Notes: generated by a model not told the origin, from the sequence alone. DNA of 64,000 nucleotides from the human T2T-CHM13v2.0 reference genome, Homo sapiens (GCF_009914755.1 NC_060929.1), one strand, 5' to 3'; shown: positions 1 to 17,967, numbered from the stretch's first letter. Translations and numbers: made by a program.

Positions 1-305
1 TCCAAATGGGGACCAATTTTAGTGACTCATTTCTAACAAATAGAAAAGTGATGCTATGTGACATCTGAAGCCAACTTATAAAAAGAATAGCTTTCACCTG
101 ACTCCCTCTCCCAGTCTTCAAATGACAATAGCATAGCCCAGCACAACATCTAACCACAGCCTCATAAGAAATCCTAAGCTAGAACCCCCCGTAAGCTATT
201 TCTGAAATTCTGACCCATAGAAAGATAAGTATAATAAATTTTTACTATCATTTTAAGCTACTATGATTTAAGATAATTTGTTACACAGCAATAGATTGAT
301 AAACT
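1..305 (+). mobile_element. Old MaLR LTR fragment (MLT1 family), 3' part
   Basis: MLT1-type 3' end motifs 'ttctgacccatagaaa...ttttaagctact...tttgttacacagcaataga'. Confidence 0.6.
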
Positions 306-344
306 GCATTAAGATAACATGCCCATTTGATAATATGCTTCAAA

Positions 345-570
345 AACCTATTTAAAATGCCTACTTTTTGACACAAAAATTCCACTTTTCAGACATGTAT
401 ACAAAAAAATCAGACATGTATACAAAGATATATGTAGAATAATATTTCTTCCAGCATCACTTATAATAGTAAAGTAGAAAAGCAATCTAAATTTCCAATA
501 ATAAAGAACCAGTTGTATAAACTATGACACATCCAGGCAATGAAATAGAATGCAGCTACTAAAAGTATGT
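345..570 (+). mobile_element. Degenerate L1M fragment (ORF2 3' end)
   Basis: Resembles L1 'caaagatatatgtacaagaatgttc...aaacaacctaaatgtccaa...atggaatactatgcagc' segment. Confidence 0.5.
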
Positions 571-625
571 AGCAATCCTTGGCTGTCTATTCATACTTAA
601 AAGTAAGGCATTAAAAAGCTGATTA

Positions 626-1273
626 TGGTGGATTTTGCCTGTAATCTCAGCACTTTGGGAAGCTGAGGTAGGAGGATCACTTGGGGCCAGAAGTTTGAGA
701 CCAGCCTGGTCAACATAGTAAGAACCCCTCTGTATTAGTCCATTTTCAAATTGCTGTTAAAAACATACCTGAGACTGAGCAATTTACAAAAGAAGGAAGT
801 TTATTGGACTTACAGTTCTACGTGGCTGGGGAGGCCTCATAATCATGGTGTAAGGTGAAAGGCAAGGAGGAGCAAGTCACATCTTACATGGATGGCAGAA
901 GGCAAAGAGAGAGCTTGTGCAGGGAAGTTCCCATTTTTAGAACCATCAGATATCGTGAGACTCATTCACTACCATGAGAACAGTGCAGGAAAGACCCACC
1001 CCCATAATTCAATCACCTCCCACTGGGTTCCTCCCATGACATGTGGGAATAGTGGGAGCTACAATTCAAGATGAGATTTGGGTGGGGACACAGCCAAACC
1101 ATATCACTCTCTCTACCAAAAATACAAAAATTAGCTGAGTACGGTGATACATACCTATAGTCCCAGCTCCTTGGGAGGCTGAGGTGGGAGGATTGCTTCA
1201 TCCTGGGAGGTTGAGGCTGCAGTGAGCTGATTGTGTCACTGCACTCCAGGCTGGGTGACAGAGTAAGCCCCTG

Positions 1274-1315
<42 letters not shown>
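626..1315 (+). mobile_element. AluJ-type element interrupted by a THE1 LTR; pure A39 tail
   Basis: Left arm 626-730, resumes at 1107 'ctctctctaccaaaaatacaaaaattagc'; A-run 1277-1315; flanks 'aaaaagctgatta'/'aaaaagctgttta' look like a TSD. Confidence 0.85.
731..1106 (-). mobile_element. THE1 (THE1B/C-like) solo LTR
   Basis: Termini 'tgtattagtccattttc' and 'gggacacagccaaaccatatca'; 376 bp; flanks ccctc/ctctc. Confidence 0.9.
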
Positions 1316-1318
<3 letters not shown>

Positions 1319-1599
1319 GTTTAGCAGCTCTGTATTGGTAGGAGAGCTTATTAACTGGCCAGACTCCCCTTGGAGAGTTCTGGTGAACCCTATCTATTTC
1401 AGTAGTCCTCTCCCAACTATCACTAATTGAACCTTTTTCCTAAGGCTGATGTGTTTCTTGCAGAGAAGAATACTCCAAACTTATACTTTGTGGGAATAAT
1501 TCTGGCTGCCAGCATGCTAGAACCTTGGGGATAAGGCAGCTGAAAGTCTAACCATTTAGTTTGTATTAATGTCCACCCTCATTTGTATCCACAGACCTC

Positions 1600-1951
1600 A
1601 GATACCAAGTCTAGTGTTGGAGGTAGGGCCTAGGGGGATGTGTTTGAATCATGGGGACAGATCCTTCATGAATGGCTTAGCACCATCCCCTTGGTGATGA
1701 ATGAGTTGAGTTCATGCAAAATCTGGTTGTTTAAAAATGTGTGGCACCTTCCTCCTAATCCCCCCACCATATGACATTGCCTGCCCTCCCTTCACCTTCT
1801 TCCATGATTGTAAGCTTCCTGGGGCTCTTACCAGAAGCAGATGCTGAAACCATGCTTGTACAGCCTGAAGAATTGTGAGCCAATTAAACCTCTTTTCCTT
1901 ATAAATTATCCTGCCTCAGATATTTGTAGCAATGCAAAAATGGACAAAGGC
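1600..1951 (+). mobile_element. MST (MSTA/B-like) MaLR LTR
   Basis: 'gtgttggaggtagggcctag...ccatgattgtaagcttcct...gtgagccaattaaacctcttttccttataaattatcc'. Confidence 0.8.
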
Positions 1952-2971
1952 AATAAGCATGATAGATTGTTACATTAATGGCCTTCAGTGAATCATACCT
2001 CTGTATGGATGAGTTTGCTGTCTTGGAACCCAGGTCATATGATTATATGAAAAGTCCAAGCTGATTACTGAATGATGAGTGAGCACATGCAGAAATAGGC
2101 CCTGAAACCACATAGAGAAAGAGGCCCAGCCATCCTTCAATCATCCCTAACTGAATGCAGCCTCAAGAGTAGTGTCAGATGAGAACAATAAAAGAAACAC
2201 TCAGCCAACATATAGGATTGTGAAAAATAATAAATCACTGCTGTTTTACCATGCAGCTTTGGGGTGTTTGTTGCACAGAAATATATATGTGATGCAGTGT
2301 GGGAAGAGGCAGTGAGCTGTGCAGAGTTGGGAAGGTGATCTGGGGCTAAATTGTATGACCGTAAGACTTTAAACCTATATTCTTCAGCCCACTCAGCTCA
2401 GCAATGCTGCCTTCAAAGATACCTTGAATTCCCAATTTTTACGCCTTTTCAGGAATCTGAGAATTCGATTGCTAAACATTAACTTAAATGTGCAAAGTCC
2501 ATTTTACCATGTAAGGTAACACATTCACAAGTTCCAGTGAATACAATATAGACAATTTGGGGGAGCTATTTTATATTTCTTTCTTCACTTAGACTATCTT
2601 CTATGTCATTTATTAGAGATTTAAGATTTGCCCCAAAGAGATCTTGTATATTCATGCATAAATTAATTCTCGTTTGCAGTCTTGCATATTCATACATAAG
2701 TTAATTCTTGTTAATGGTGTCTAGTTTCTAGTTTCTTATGGACTATGATTTTTTTAATGCTGCTCTTGTATCCAACAAACTTGCTGAATGCTTCTGTTTG
2801 TTCAGAGAGTTTATTGATTCTGTGTTTTTTTTCTAGGTAAGTGATCATCCTGTGTAAATAATTATTCCGTGCAAATATTCTTTTCCCTTCTGTGATAGTC
2901 ATTAGTGCTATTCACCAAATATTTCCACTTCTTCCTCCATCCAGATACATAGTAGGATTGTACTTCCCTTC

Positions 2972-4533
<1,562 letters not shown>

Positions 4534-4690
4534 TGATTTTTCTTCATCTAACAGCTATACATTATATTTTTTTCATTTGGTGTTGTCTTTAACTTAATAC
4601 CCATACTCAGGCTTATTTACGTCTGTTGATTTCTTAAGCTTATCAGTGTTTATAAATTAATCCCAACAAGAAAACTAATTTGACACACTC

Positions 4691-4999
4691 TTTTTAATTT
4701 TTTATTTATTTATTTATTTAGAGACGGAGTCTCGCTCTGTCGCCAGGCTAGAGTGCAGTGGCACGACCTTGGCTCACTGCCATCTCTGCCTCCCTCATTC
4801 AAGCGATTCTTCTGCCTCAGCCCCTTGAGTAGCTGAGACTACTGGTGCACACCACCATGCCCGGCTAATTTTTTGTATTTTAGTTGAGACGGGGTTTCAC
4901 CATGTTGGCCAGGATGGTCTTGATCTCCTGACCTTGTGATCTGCCCACCTCAGCCTCCCAAAGTGCTGGGATTACAGGCGTGAGCCACCACGCCCAGCC
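4691..4999 (-). mobile_element. AluS (Sc-like)
   Basis: Reverse Alu with 'tcgccagg' and 'ccttgtgatc' short variants; TSD 'acacactct'. Confidence 0.88.
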
Positions 5000-7409
5000 C
5001 ACACACTCTCATGTGCTTGTAGTACTTCCCACCTCATAGCCCATTTATCATGTTGTTAATATCTAGATTTTTAATTTTTCTTTATTATGAATATGATTTT
5101 TAAAATTTCTTTAGTTCTGGTTTTTAAAAATAAAAAATAGGCCTTAATAAGTTATCTGACCACCCACGCATCCCATATCTCTTGCCCTAGATTCTAGACT
5201 TTTTGCTTTCTTCACAAGAGTTTTCAGTAAAAACTTTTTTGTGGTATACCTTCTGAGGCTGTACAACATGAGAATATTTTTCTTATATTTTCAAATTTGA
5301 TTGACTATTTGGCTGAATTTAACATTCTAGTTTTGAAATTTTTTTACTGTCATAAAAATATTACTTTATTGCCATTTTTTATCTCATGTTGCTTATTTTA
5401 AAAATCTGATGTGTTATTTTTATTCCTTTCTGTTGATCTATTCTTTGCTTTTATAGTTTTTGTCTTTGATATTCTTAAACTTCATTATCATCTCTGGGTA
5501 TTTCTTTATTTCTCTTTTCCATCTGAAGTCTTTCATCTTTTTAAAAGCTTTATCCAAAATTATTTCTTAAATATTTCTCCTCTTCATCTTTATTGTTTTC
5601 TCCTTTGGGGTCTCCCATTTTCTGAATGTTGGCCCTGCCCTTCTAAACGGCTCAGTCTCCTTTTCTGTTTTATTTTTTATCATTTCTTGTTGCTTTCTGG
5701 AAGAGTTCTTCTGATTTTTTACTTCAGTATCTTGCTCCTTAGCAATCTATCTCTGTATCTATCCCATACTATATTAAATTCTCAAGATTTCTGTTTTAAT
5801 ATTTCTAACTCAGATGATAACTATTGTTCAGTTTACAGGATTTTTTTTTTTTTTGAGACAGTCGAATTATTTAGCTGTTAGTTATTTTGGCCTTTGAGCT
5901 TATGTTCCCCTGAAGGTATCAGCTATTCTCTCCAGTAATATGCACCAGAGAACACCCAAAGTCTATGTCAGTCCAGGTGTGTTTAAGGATAATAGAGAAG
6001 ATGAGTCAAGGATGCAGAGCCTCAGACACAAAAGAACCACTGCTAATCTCTTGCTGCTACTCCCAGTCTTTCCCTTTGACCCTTAGGGAAGAGTAGCATT
6101 TGGAATAGACTAGGTTGAAATCCTAGGCCTAAGGGTTTCAAAGAGTAAGACTGAAAGACTGACACTGGTCTGTTTTCATGAACACCCTTCCCCAGCAAGA
6201 CTTTAATGCTTCTCTGATTTTGCCTTCAGGGCTCTAATGTCAGAGGTGAAAGGGCAGACAATGATTGTTCGAAGACAAACCAAAACAGAGACAATTGCAG
6301 AATTTATAAAACTTTCTTCTACCTATCCTCTCTTCGCCAAAGACAGCCGCTCTCCACACCAGGCTGCACCAACCAACCCCTCATAATGTTTAGGACAGAT
6401 TTAATCTTCCCAGAGATTTTTCGCTGATGCTTATTGGGACTGGTTTCTGGAATCCATACCTCCCTGTAACATTTACAGTTACTTCAGCATTGCAGTTAGG
6501 GTAGGAGTCTACAACCCAGGCTAGTCTGTCATCTTGGCAGAAAGCAGACACAGGACATTTTTCTAGCTTTTCTGTCCATAGTGCCATCATAGGGTTCAAA
6601 AATATTGAAGTAATTTGTACAGTCACTAGAATGTACCATAATATCCACTATTTTGTATTCTTGCCAGCCATTTGTATAATCATATATTTTACTAATTCAG
6701 TAGAAAGAAAAAGTGCACCTCACTGGTTAATTTGCCTTTCTTTGTTCTCTAATGAGATTGAAGTATTTTCCCATGTTTACTAAGTAATTGGCTTTTTGCT
6801 CATGAGAATTGACTATGGCATTTGCCCATTAGCTATTTAAAGTTTAACATTTTTTTCTCATTTATTTGATCTTCTGTAATTTATTTTGATTTAAAATTTA
6901 TTCACTTATTTTGGTTGGTACTGAGGATTTTCTTGTAAAGTGCATTAGAAAAGGTCTTTATATACGATAAGAACAATAATAAAAGATCTGGTGATGCCGC
7001 AGTGAAAGGATTCTCCTCCAGGAGCTCTCTATAAAATAGAGACTTTAACTCTTTTTTGTTTCTATGTGCAAATGTTATTATTTGTAGGCATTCAAATCTG
7101 TCAGTACATTACATTATTATTTTGTCTATTGTTCCTAAGCTTGTAATTTATAAAAATATCTTTTCATAGTCTGCAAGCTGTTAAATTATATTTTATTCTG
7201 AATTCTAAGCTTTAGTATTCTATTAGTCAATTTTTAATCTATCTGAAATGAATTTAGGGGATGAGGATAAAGCTTAAAACACAAAAATTACAAACTGGCT
7301 TTCCAAAGGGACCTTGTTTGTACCTTTTATCCAGCTAAATTATTACCACAGTGGATGGCATAAGACCATGAATACAGGAATTGCAAGGAAGATAAATACT
7401 CTGTTGTCA

Positions 7410-7411
<2 letters not shown>

Positions 7412-7442
<31 letters not shown>
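7412..7442 (+). repeat. Poly(A)31 tract
   Basis: Uninterrupted A run directly visible. Confidence 0.95.
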
Positions 7443-7444
<2 letters not shown>

Positions 7445-9000
7445 TTGCTCAGCCAAAAGAGAATAATGACAGAGAGGAAACTCATAAAGTGTTCTTATAG
7501 AGACTGTTTTGGTTTTATTTTGCTGTTCTGATAGCTTGATTGTGGGGGAAGGGGTACAAAGGGAAATGGAAAAGGCTAGCTTATTTTAACTCTTTATCTT
7601 ATTGCAAAATTGCCTGAATAATACAAGAGCGAGCTTGAATTGCTACAGCTGGTGCCGCTTAGCCTGGACCACATGGAGTTTCGGGGATGAGCTGAACAGT
7701 GACTATTATACTTTGCTGAGCTGATTATCCTTTCGTTTCCTGAATAAACTCAGTACCTATGATTCACTTCTTCATTTTTTTCCAGTTACCTTTGATTCAA
7801 AATTAACAAATATATAATGTATACACTCTTATTCTTTGATGACCATATTGTTTACAGATCATAGCTCCATTCTCCTTACTGAAACCTGTCAGTCACCCCA
7901 AATGCTTATCTTTGGCTTCTGGGCAGCCTTTGTAGAACAAGAGAAAAAAATTATGTTGTCCTTTTTTTGCTAATTGTCTGGAAAAATAAGATACCTGGAT
8001 GACAAAAATGTTCCCAGTACCCTTCCTGTGTGCATTCTCCCTGTGGAAATAATTTGCTTGATTGAATTTATACAGATCTTGCCTTCATCCTGGTGGAAAG
8101 TATTTATCAAGCTGCTTTCAGACTTTATGCCTGGATAATTCTGTTGCCTGCACATTGGTTGTCAAATAACATAAACTAAGTCAGTTTCCTTCTTTGTACC
8201 TTAATGTTCTCATTTGAAATAACATGTTGCTCCTATTTGAGAGCTAAATTACTAAAATATATTTGTATAAATGTTTGAGTATCATAGTTAAAATTCTTAA
8301 TTGCAAAGGAGAGGTTAGAAAAGAAATAAGAGGAAATGTAGTTTTAACCTATCTATCCCAATAGGCAACAAAGTGACCTTATCTGTTCTTTGCTTTAGAT
8401 GTATTTTTGTTATTATGTTTAAGACCACAGTGTCTAACATATATACATATTTCTTAAATAAATGAATGAATAAAATTTAACAATTCGAATCCTATACTCC
8501 AAAATTAACTTAAGAATATATGACAGCCTAAAATTAACCCATTACAGAAACTAATTTGAAGAAAGTACATTAAATAATTAGACAGACAAGTCCATGCTTC
8601 ATTTGAAAAAAAAATAATACTATTTTACAACTTTAAAAGCTAATACTATGAGAAGGCAATTAAGAACAGCTCTGTGGTACTTTCATTTATTTTAGACTGT
8701 TTTCTTATTCTATTAGAAACAGTGGATTAATATTCACTGTTGGATGTAATTCAGATTCAATGAAGGAAAACAACACACTTTCATATTTCAAATTCTTTTC
8801 ACTGTATTGTGAGATCTGGCTTCTACTGGCCTTTACTACCCAGCATCAGAATAGGTACCTCTCTAAGGTGGATGTTACTCAATAGAAGTTGTCATCAAAT
8901 GATGGTTTCCTGAGTTGGAGTTCTTTTACAAGATTAGCTGTTCTGTTCTTACTCCCATCACCTTCCTGAAGGAATAGGCTCATGTGGGTAAACTGTCAAG

Positions 9001-9062
9001 CAGGTGAGATAGGAAGAGGGGAGGTGAGATAGGAAGAGGGGAAGTGAGATAGGAAGAGGGGA
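9001..9062. repeat. 20-bp minisatellite, 3 copies (gaggtgagataggaagaggg)
   Basis: Directly visible. Confidence 0.9.
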
Positions 9063-9419
9063 AGGGAAAGGCTGGAGCAGAGAAAAGGTAGCAAGAGGAT
9101 TCAGAGTACCTGGGAGCCTGGGTGGGGAGAATAGAATTATAAAGAATAAGAACGAACACCAAAAGGATAAGGAGGAATTTAATTTCACCTGACTGTCTTC
9201 ATTTAATGTTCACTTTTTTGTTAGTCAGTCAAGCAACATTTATTGATCCCCTGCTGTGTGCTAGCACTGTGCCAGGTTCCGTAGCAGCTATGTAGTTGTC
9301 ATAGACACAGCTTCTTTCTTTTTTCAAGGGGTTTATAATCTAGAAAAAGAGATAAAATGAAAACATAATAACAAAAGGTAGAATGAGATAAAGGTCATGG
9401 GTCTTCATGCATTCATTCA

Positions 9420-11140
<1,721 letters not shown>

Positions 11141-11428
11141 TGAATTCATTCAACATCCAGCTGGCAAATACAAACTTACCATCTACTGTGTGCCAGGTTC
11201 TAGGCTAGAGGTGGTGGAGGTGAACAATGAAGGGACCAGTTTAAACTTAAAATTAAGAGGCAGGAAAATGAAGTTTATATGCATCAGTTTGCCTGTGGCA
11301 TAAAGTTGAGTTCTTAATGGAAGCACTGAGAGAGGAAAGGCAGATTGAAACAGAAGGTAGTAAGGAAGTCCTGGAAGTTTTTGTGAAGAATTGTAATGTG
11401 ATCTGAACTTCACTTTAGAAGGATTTCA

Positions 11429-11830
<402 letters not shown>

Positions 11831-12249
11831 CTACTTTGAAGGCTCCTGGCAAAGACCTTGTTTCCATTAAGGAGTGAAAGGCAAAAAAATGACAACTGAA
11901 ACTCACAGGAGATCAAAATAAACACAGAAATTCCAATTTACTTATTTACTGTGAGAAACATCACTGTCACATAAACTGGAAATTCTGTTAATAACGTATT
12001 CTTTCTAGGAATAGAATGGAAAATCGTGACAAGAAGCTCTTTTAGAATGTACAAGAGAACCATCATAAGGACTCAAGCTTAGTTTCTCTCATGGATGTAA
12101 ACTCTTTCTATAGCCAGGCTCAGGGAAATCAGGGGATTGCCCAGTCAACATGGAATGAGGATGAATTGTTCCTTGGCTTTGGAATTACTGGCAGACCTGG
12201 AACTGAGATAGCCTGCTGGCCTGTTTTACAATAGGAATTTAGAGTTTAC

Positions 12250-12390
12250 CAGAGATTCTCAGCCTGGATTAGAATCTCCTGGAGAGTATTTTAAAAATAC
12301 CAACGCTAGGTGCCACCCCAGGTGAATTAAATCAGAATCTCTTCAGGTAGAGATCAGGTATTGTTATGAGCTAGGTAGTTTTCAAGAGCT
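12250..12390. mobile_element. MER5 (hAT-Charlie) fragment
   Basis: 'ttagaatctcctggagag...ttaaaaatac...ccaccccag...aaatcagaatctct'. Confidence 0.6.
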
Positions 12391-14589
12391 CCCCACAGAA
12401 CTATCATTTTGAATTGGTCCGAAGATAAGTCTTGGAAGGGCCATTAATCAATGGCCTCTGGAACTCTCCCTTTTGAACCTCTAGAGATGACCAGCCCTTG
12501 TCAGTTTGACACGACCTTGTTCCATATTTCGTCTTTCTTTGGATAATTTAATGTATTCTAAGAGGTTCCAGAGGAGAGGCTTCCCGCAGGCCTTGGAGCA
12601 ATCCTGCTTTTAACCCATGATGTCTGTCTCTGTTCCTACTCATGAAGTGTGAGCATGACTTTTTTATATTGGGCAAGAGTGTCCTCATTTTGAAGTTCTT
12701 GGGGTGATGTGGTATCTCACTAGGAAATGAACTGAAGGGAAATGAGCCTGAGAAAGGCAAGGCTGGCTGGAAACCTATGCTGTAGTTCAGGCACTAGATT
12801 GTAAGTAGGATGATAACAGTGGGGCAGAAAGGAAATAGAAGGGGCAGAGAAGGAACAGGGAAAGGAATGGAAGATTAAATTAACTGTATTGGTCCAAATT
12901 ATTCTTTTAATACTAAAATAAAACATTTTACAGGAAATAATTGAAGTCATTAGGGGAGGGCAGATTCACAGAGCATCACAACTTTAGAAAATTATGTGGA
13001 AATTGATCTGTTACATGATTCAATGATAATCTAACCTAAGGTTTTAATTTATCAGGTGAACAATTATTTTTCCTAATGTAATTTTGAATATATCACCTTT
13101 TTTGGTCCCTGAATTATATATTATATAGCTATTAGACTATTAGGTTACAGAACAGAAAGCTGAGCTATCAATAAATGAATTTGGAAGCCCTGGCAATCAC
13201 TCTGGATAATGCAGGTTTAGACTACACATACACATACGCGCATGCAAGATATAACTGGATAACCCTACACGCTATTCAAGATGATTTCTGATCTGGTACT
13301 AAACAATTTTGCACCCCTTGGCTTTTCTTCACTTATGCAGGCAAGGAGTCAAGAAACAAACAAATGAAACAAAAAATGTTTTAAAAATTAACCACAAGAA
13401 TGAGTGTCTCCTAATCTCTTCAACGTTTGTTTTTCAGATAGGGACTATAATTGCTTGATTTACACCAGTGTTCCCAGAGATCTTTAGAGGCAACATGTTG
13501 TTTACCCAATCCCTTTCATGTCTTTCCCTCTGTGTTCAAGGATATAGCACAATTACTTGACTATGTAAACAGCTACCCTGCTGAGTTAATAATAGCCAGC
13601 ATGCATATTATTTCATTTTAAAAGTTTCCTCTTTCACTATTTGGATTCAATGACAATATCTAGATCACAAAACAAACCAAATAGAAAAGTTTTTAAGAGC
13701 GGCAAAATATAATATCTAAAATTTGAGAAAACTGAACATTTGCCCAGTTTTAAACACGATACCTTGAAATCACTGATTTAAAAATATATATATTTTTACA
13801 GTTTATAAGTCTTTACTGAGGGCCCTGAGGATTGTGCCAAAGTTATACAGCAAGCTGTGGGGACTGAACCTCTTGAAACACAGCATCATCCAATACAAAT
13901 ACCTATGGGGACTGGGCTTTAATCAGTCTCGGTGGGATCTAGAAACAGAACAGTGGAAGTAGTAGACACTCTTTGGGAGGTTCACTTTCTCTATCATACC
14001 TGCTGTCTCCATTTTCACCAGTCAACTTTTGCTGCAGCAGTGAAGCATTCCTCCAAACCTCCGAGGCTTACAACAATAAATAGATATCTCTGCCTTGAGA
14101 TATGCAGCATAAATGTGACATATCTGGCTTAGGCTTGGCTCTGGTTGAGATCTGTGCTCTGTGTCTCTCATTCTGTGTTTTTCATGCTGAAAGGCAGGGA
14201 TACAAGGGGATAAGTGGGAACACAGCATGCCTTTTAAAACTTCTGCTCAAAACTGGAAGACTGTTCCTTCCCCCCAAGTCCCATTGGTCAAAGCAAGTCA
14301 CATGACCAAACCTAAAGTTAGGGAGATGGCATCATATACTTTTCCCACAGTGAACATGACAAGAGTAGGAAGGGAAGGGCAAACTGTGAGAAATAGCATG
14401 ATTCACCATCCCCTATCTCTAAAAGCTAACAACCCACATTCCCAGGGCTAGGGCTCATGCAGAAATGTTTATCAGTGCTGTTGGAACATAAGACCCAATT
14501 TAAAAAGCCATTATCACAATCATGAAATAATGCATTCTGACCTTACCATTTGAAAACGTAAAAAGTAAAGCAAACTGGCTTTATGATAC

Positions 14590-15050
14590 TTGGTAGGCAG
14601 CCTGTAAAGTGCCCCCCATGAGGCCAGCCTCCAGGTATTTACAGCCCATGCAATCTCTCCGTGAGTGTGGACTGGGCCTAACAACCCCCTTCTAATAAAT
14701 AGAAGATGGCAAAAGTGACGGGATATCACTCCTGAGAATTAGGTTACAAAAAGACTGTTATTTTCTGTCTTTCTCTCTCAATCTTCTCACTCTGGGGAAA
14801 GCAAGAAATTTGCAAAGAAAGAAAAGTTTGCCATGATGTGACAGGCTGAGGTGGCAAATAACTAATGTCATCAGCTAACAGCCTTGTGAGTAAATTTGGA
14901 AGCCCAACATAGCCTTGATCTGACTGCAGCCCTGACCAAGAACTTGACTGCAGCCTTTTGAGGGACCCCTGAATCAGAGGCACACAGCCAAGCCTTGCCC
15001 AGATTCCTGACCCATAGAAACTGTGAGATAATAAATATTTGTTATGTAGT
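14590..15050 (+). mobile_element. MLT1E/F-like LTR
   Basis: 'ggtaggcagcctgtaaag' start; 'cccagattcctgacccatagaaactgtgagataataaat' near the end. Confidence 0.7.
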
Positions 15051-16584
15051 CATAAATACTATCCCACATGAATAATTAAGTTGGCGAGCCTCGTTGACAA
15101 TTTTGTGACTTACTAAATGAAATGCTATTATTACAAAGTGATACTTGAATCTAAAGAAAAAACAAAAACAACATATCTATCTATCTATTGATGAACCTGA
15201 GTTAAATGACTAAGAATGACATTATTCTGCCTCATAGTTGGACATATCCGGAATAAATTTTATTTGTACTCATTTAATGAAGCAACAATATCTATTTCAT
15301 ACGGGATAAAAGAATGATGATTACTAAAGACAAAGCGACAATGATGATGTCAGCACTAAGACAACTGTCCACATTCTGACAATTTAGCTAGAATATATCA
15401 CATATGAACTTTCCTTGAAATTTTATTTCTGTATATGTAAAACTCGTTAAATTCTCCAGAAAGTGTGTACATGAAGATTCCAAATCTTTAAGAGTTACTT
15501 TTCAGTTAGCAAACTTATATATATACATTACCATTTCATTGATAGTTATATTTGTTTTAGAATTGTAGACCAGATTTTCTATAGATTTCTATATTCCTTC
15601 AGGTTTAGTCACTTGTATAACTAAAAGAGGAATACCTCTTCATGTTTTCTTATTCATTCCTTTATTTCTCCCTTTCCTATTCTGGGCTACAGGCTGTGCC
15701 TGGCACATTGTTAGTACTTGGTAAATGCTTATGGAATGAAGGAAGGGAGAAAAGAAGGAGGGAGCTGAAGTTCAGAGACTGACAGTGTATCAATGTGGTA
15801 TGCTATATACTATTTTCTCTTTTTAGAAACATACTCCTCAGGTTCATAGACTATAAAAATTGAACCACAAACATGAGATTTTTCTGAATAACACTCAATA
15901 TTCCATTATGTATAGGAGGTCTTAGTGTGTCCCCTTTCTGTACTGAGGATCATGTGTACACTATAAAGTTCATATAATTAACTACCTCTGATAATCTTCT
16001 CCCTGCTTCATGCTACTATCCTTCTTTTCCCTATTGGCAGTTTCTTGTGGGAATTGCCTTGGGTGAAAGTCATTCTTGTAAGAAAGTTAGTTTTCTTTAA
16101 AAAACAAAAAATGTAATGTTCTTAGCAATCAAAACAGCAATAAAAGCAATAGAAGATATAATTCCTATACAAGGTGTATAAGTTAAACATGCAACTATAG
16201 AGCTTTTAATAGTATTTAGCACTGCTATCATTAACTAGTTTCTGTAAAAGCCAAAAAAGCTGGCATATTAGGTAATTTGCGAAGTATTTTATTATCTGAT
16301 CTCTTTTACCAAGTTACTTTCCATTTCCTGTCAGACTCCATGCCAGGAAAAATAGAGATTTTTTTTTGTTTTTTTGTTTTGTGTGTGTGTGTGTGTTTTG
16401 TTTTGTTTTGTTTTTGACTAGAATGATTTCTCCCAACCTTATTTACCTTGCAGACTCCAGCTTCTTTTTCAATGTTCAATTTAGGCCAAACCCTGAACCA
16501 AAACTGTTCAGGGAGACCCCCAGACTGCTATGCAAATATGACAGTCTCAGCCAATCCCATGAGGAGCTCTGAAGCAAATATCAC

Positions 16585-16830
16585 TGTGATAATTGATTTA
16601 TGTGTCAACTTAGTTAGCCTATCGTATCTAGGTATTTGGTTAAACATTTTTCTAGATATTTCTGTGAATGTATTTTTAAAATGAGATTAACACTTAAATC
16701 AGCAGACTTTGAGAGTAAAGCAGATTGTTCTTCATAATGTAGGTGAGCTGCATCCCATCAGCTGAAAGCTTTAAGAGAAAAAGATTGGCGTCTCCAAAAG
16801 AAGAGGGAATTATGCCAACAGCCTGGCAGC
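16585..16830 (+). mobile_element. MLT2 (ERVL) LTR 5' fragment
   Basis: 'tttatgtgtcaactt...atgagattaacacttaaatcagcagactttgag'. Confidence 0.7.
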
Positions 16831-16853
16831 CTGTGGTATTTATTATGGCAGCC

Positions 16854-17207
16854 TGATATAATTTGGCTGTGTCCCCACCCAAATCTCATCTTGATTTGTA
16901 ATTCCCATAATCCCCACGTGTCATGGGAGGGACCCAGTGGGAGGTAATTTAATCACGGGGGCAGTTACTCTCATGCTGTTCTCAAGATAGCGATGGTTTT
17001 ATAAGGGGCTTTCCCCCATTTTGCTCAGCACTTCTCCTTGTTGCTGCCCTGTGAAGAAGGACATGTTTGCTTCCTCTTCTGCCATGATTGTAAGTTTCCT
17101 GAGGCCTCCCCAGCCCTGCAGAACTATGAGTCAATTAAACCTCTTCCCTTTATAAATTACCCAGTCTCTGACATGTCTTTATTAGTGTGTGAGAACAGAC
17201 TAATACA
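16854..17207 (+). mobile_element. THE1C/D-like solo LTR
   Basis: Termini 'tgatataatttggctgtgtccccacccaaatctc' and 'gaacagactaataca'; TSD cagcc/cagct. Confidence 0.9.
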
Positions 17208-17894
17208 CAGCTCTGGTAAACAAACACCATCACCAAGTCTCAGCTGGGTAGAAAAGACCAGGCCCTAGTAACTTCTGTCCTCAGTCATTGGATGGGGGTT
17301 GCCTCGGAAGAAAGTGGTCTCTACTTAAAAGTTGCAGTAGATCTCAAAGATGCTGCAGTTAGAAACTGTCATTTGACTGTCCTTCTCACAGCTGAATGGC
17401 AATTTTTCTTAAAGGATGAACCAAACAGTGCACCTATCTGGCTGCCACATGTGGGAAGAAGGAAACAAAGATAACACATAAGAAAAGGTAAGAAAACATT
17501 CTGCTTCACCAACAAACATGAGACAATCCTGCCAATGTTATAATTCATGGTGGTTATGTTTGTGATGAATTTGTATTGAGCCAACTTAGTTAAGCTGGAA
17601 CAACATTTCTAAGAATTCCCTTTCCTACATAGATCCAAGCTAGTGTGGGCTACCAAAAATGTTTTGCATGAGATTTAGAAAAGGGAAGTAGAGTAGCAAC
17701 CGCATTCTTTTTATGCTCAGGTCAAAGCAAGGCATGAAGCACCGTTGCAGCTCACACATACTATGATCTGATGGCTCATCCTAATGGCAAAGCAATAACT
17801 GGTCCTGCAGCCCTCCCCAGATCCACTGGATCTCTTCCATCAACTTCTTTAGATACTGAGCCAGGTACATGTTTAGCTCCTTGCTTAAGGGTAC

Positions 17895-17967
17895 TGTATT
17901 AGTCAGGGTTCTCCAGAGAAACACAACCAATAGAATAGATAGATGATAGATGATTAGATAGATAGAC

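Noticed and set aside
5411-5881. 156-aa hydrophobic ORF
   Set aside because: T-rich antisense strand of decayed L1-like sequence; non-ATG start
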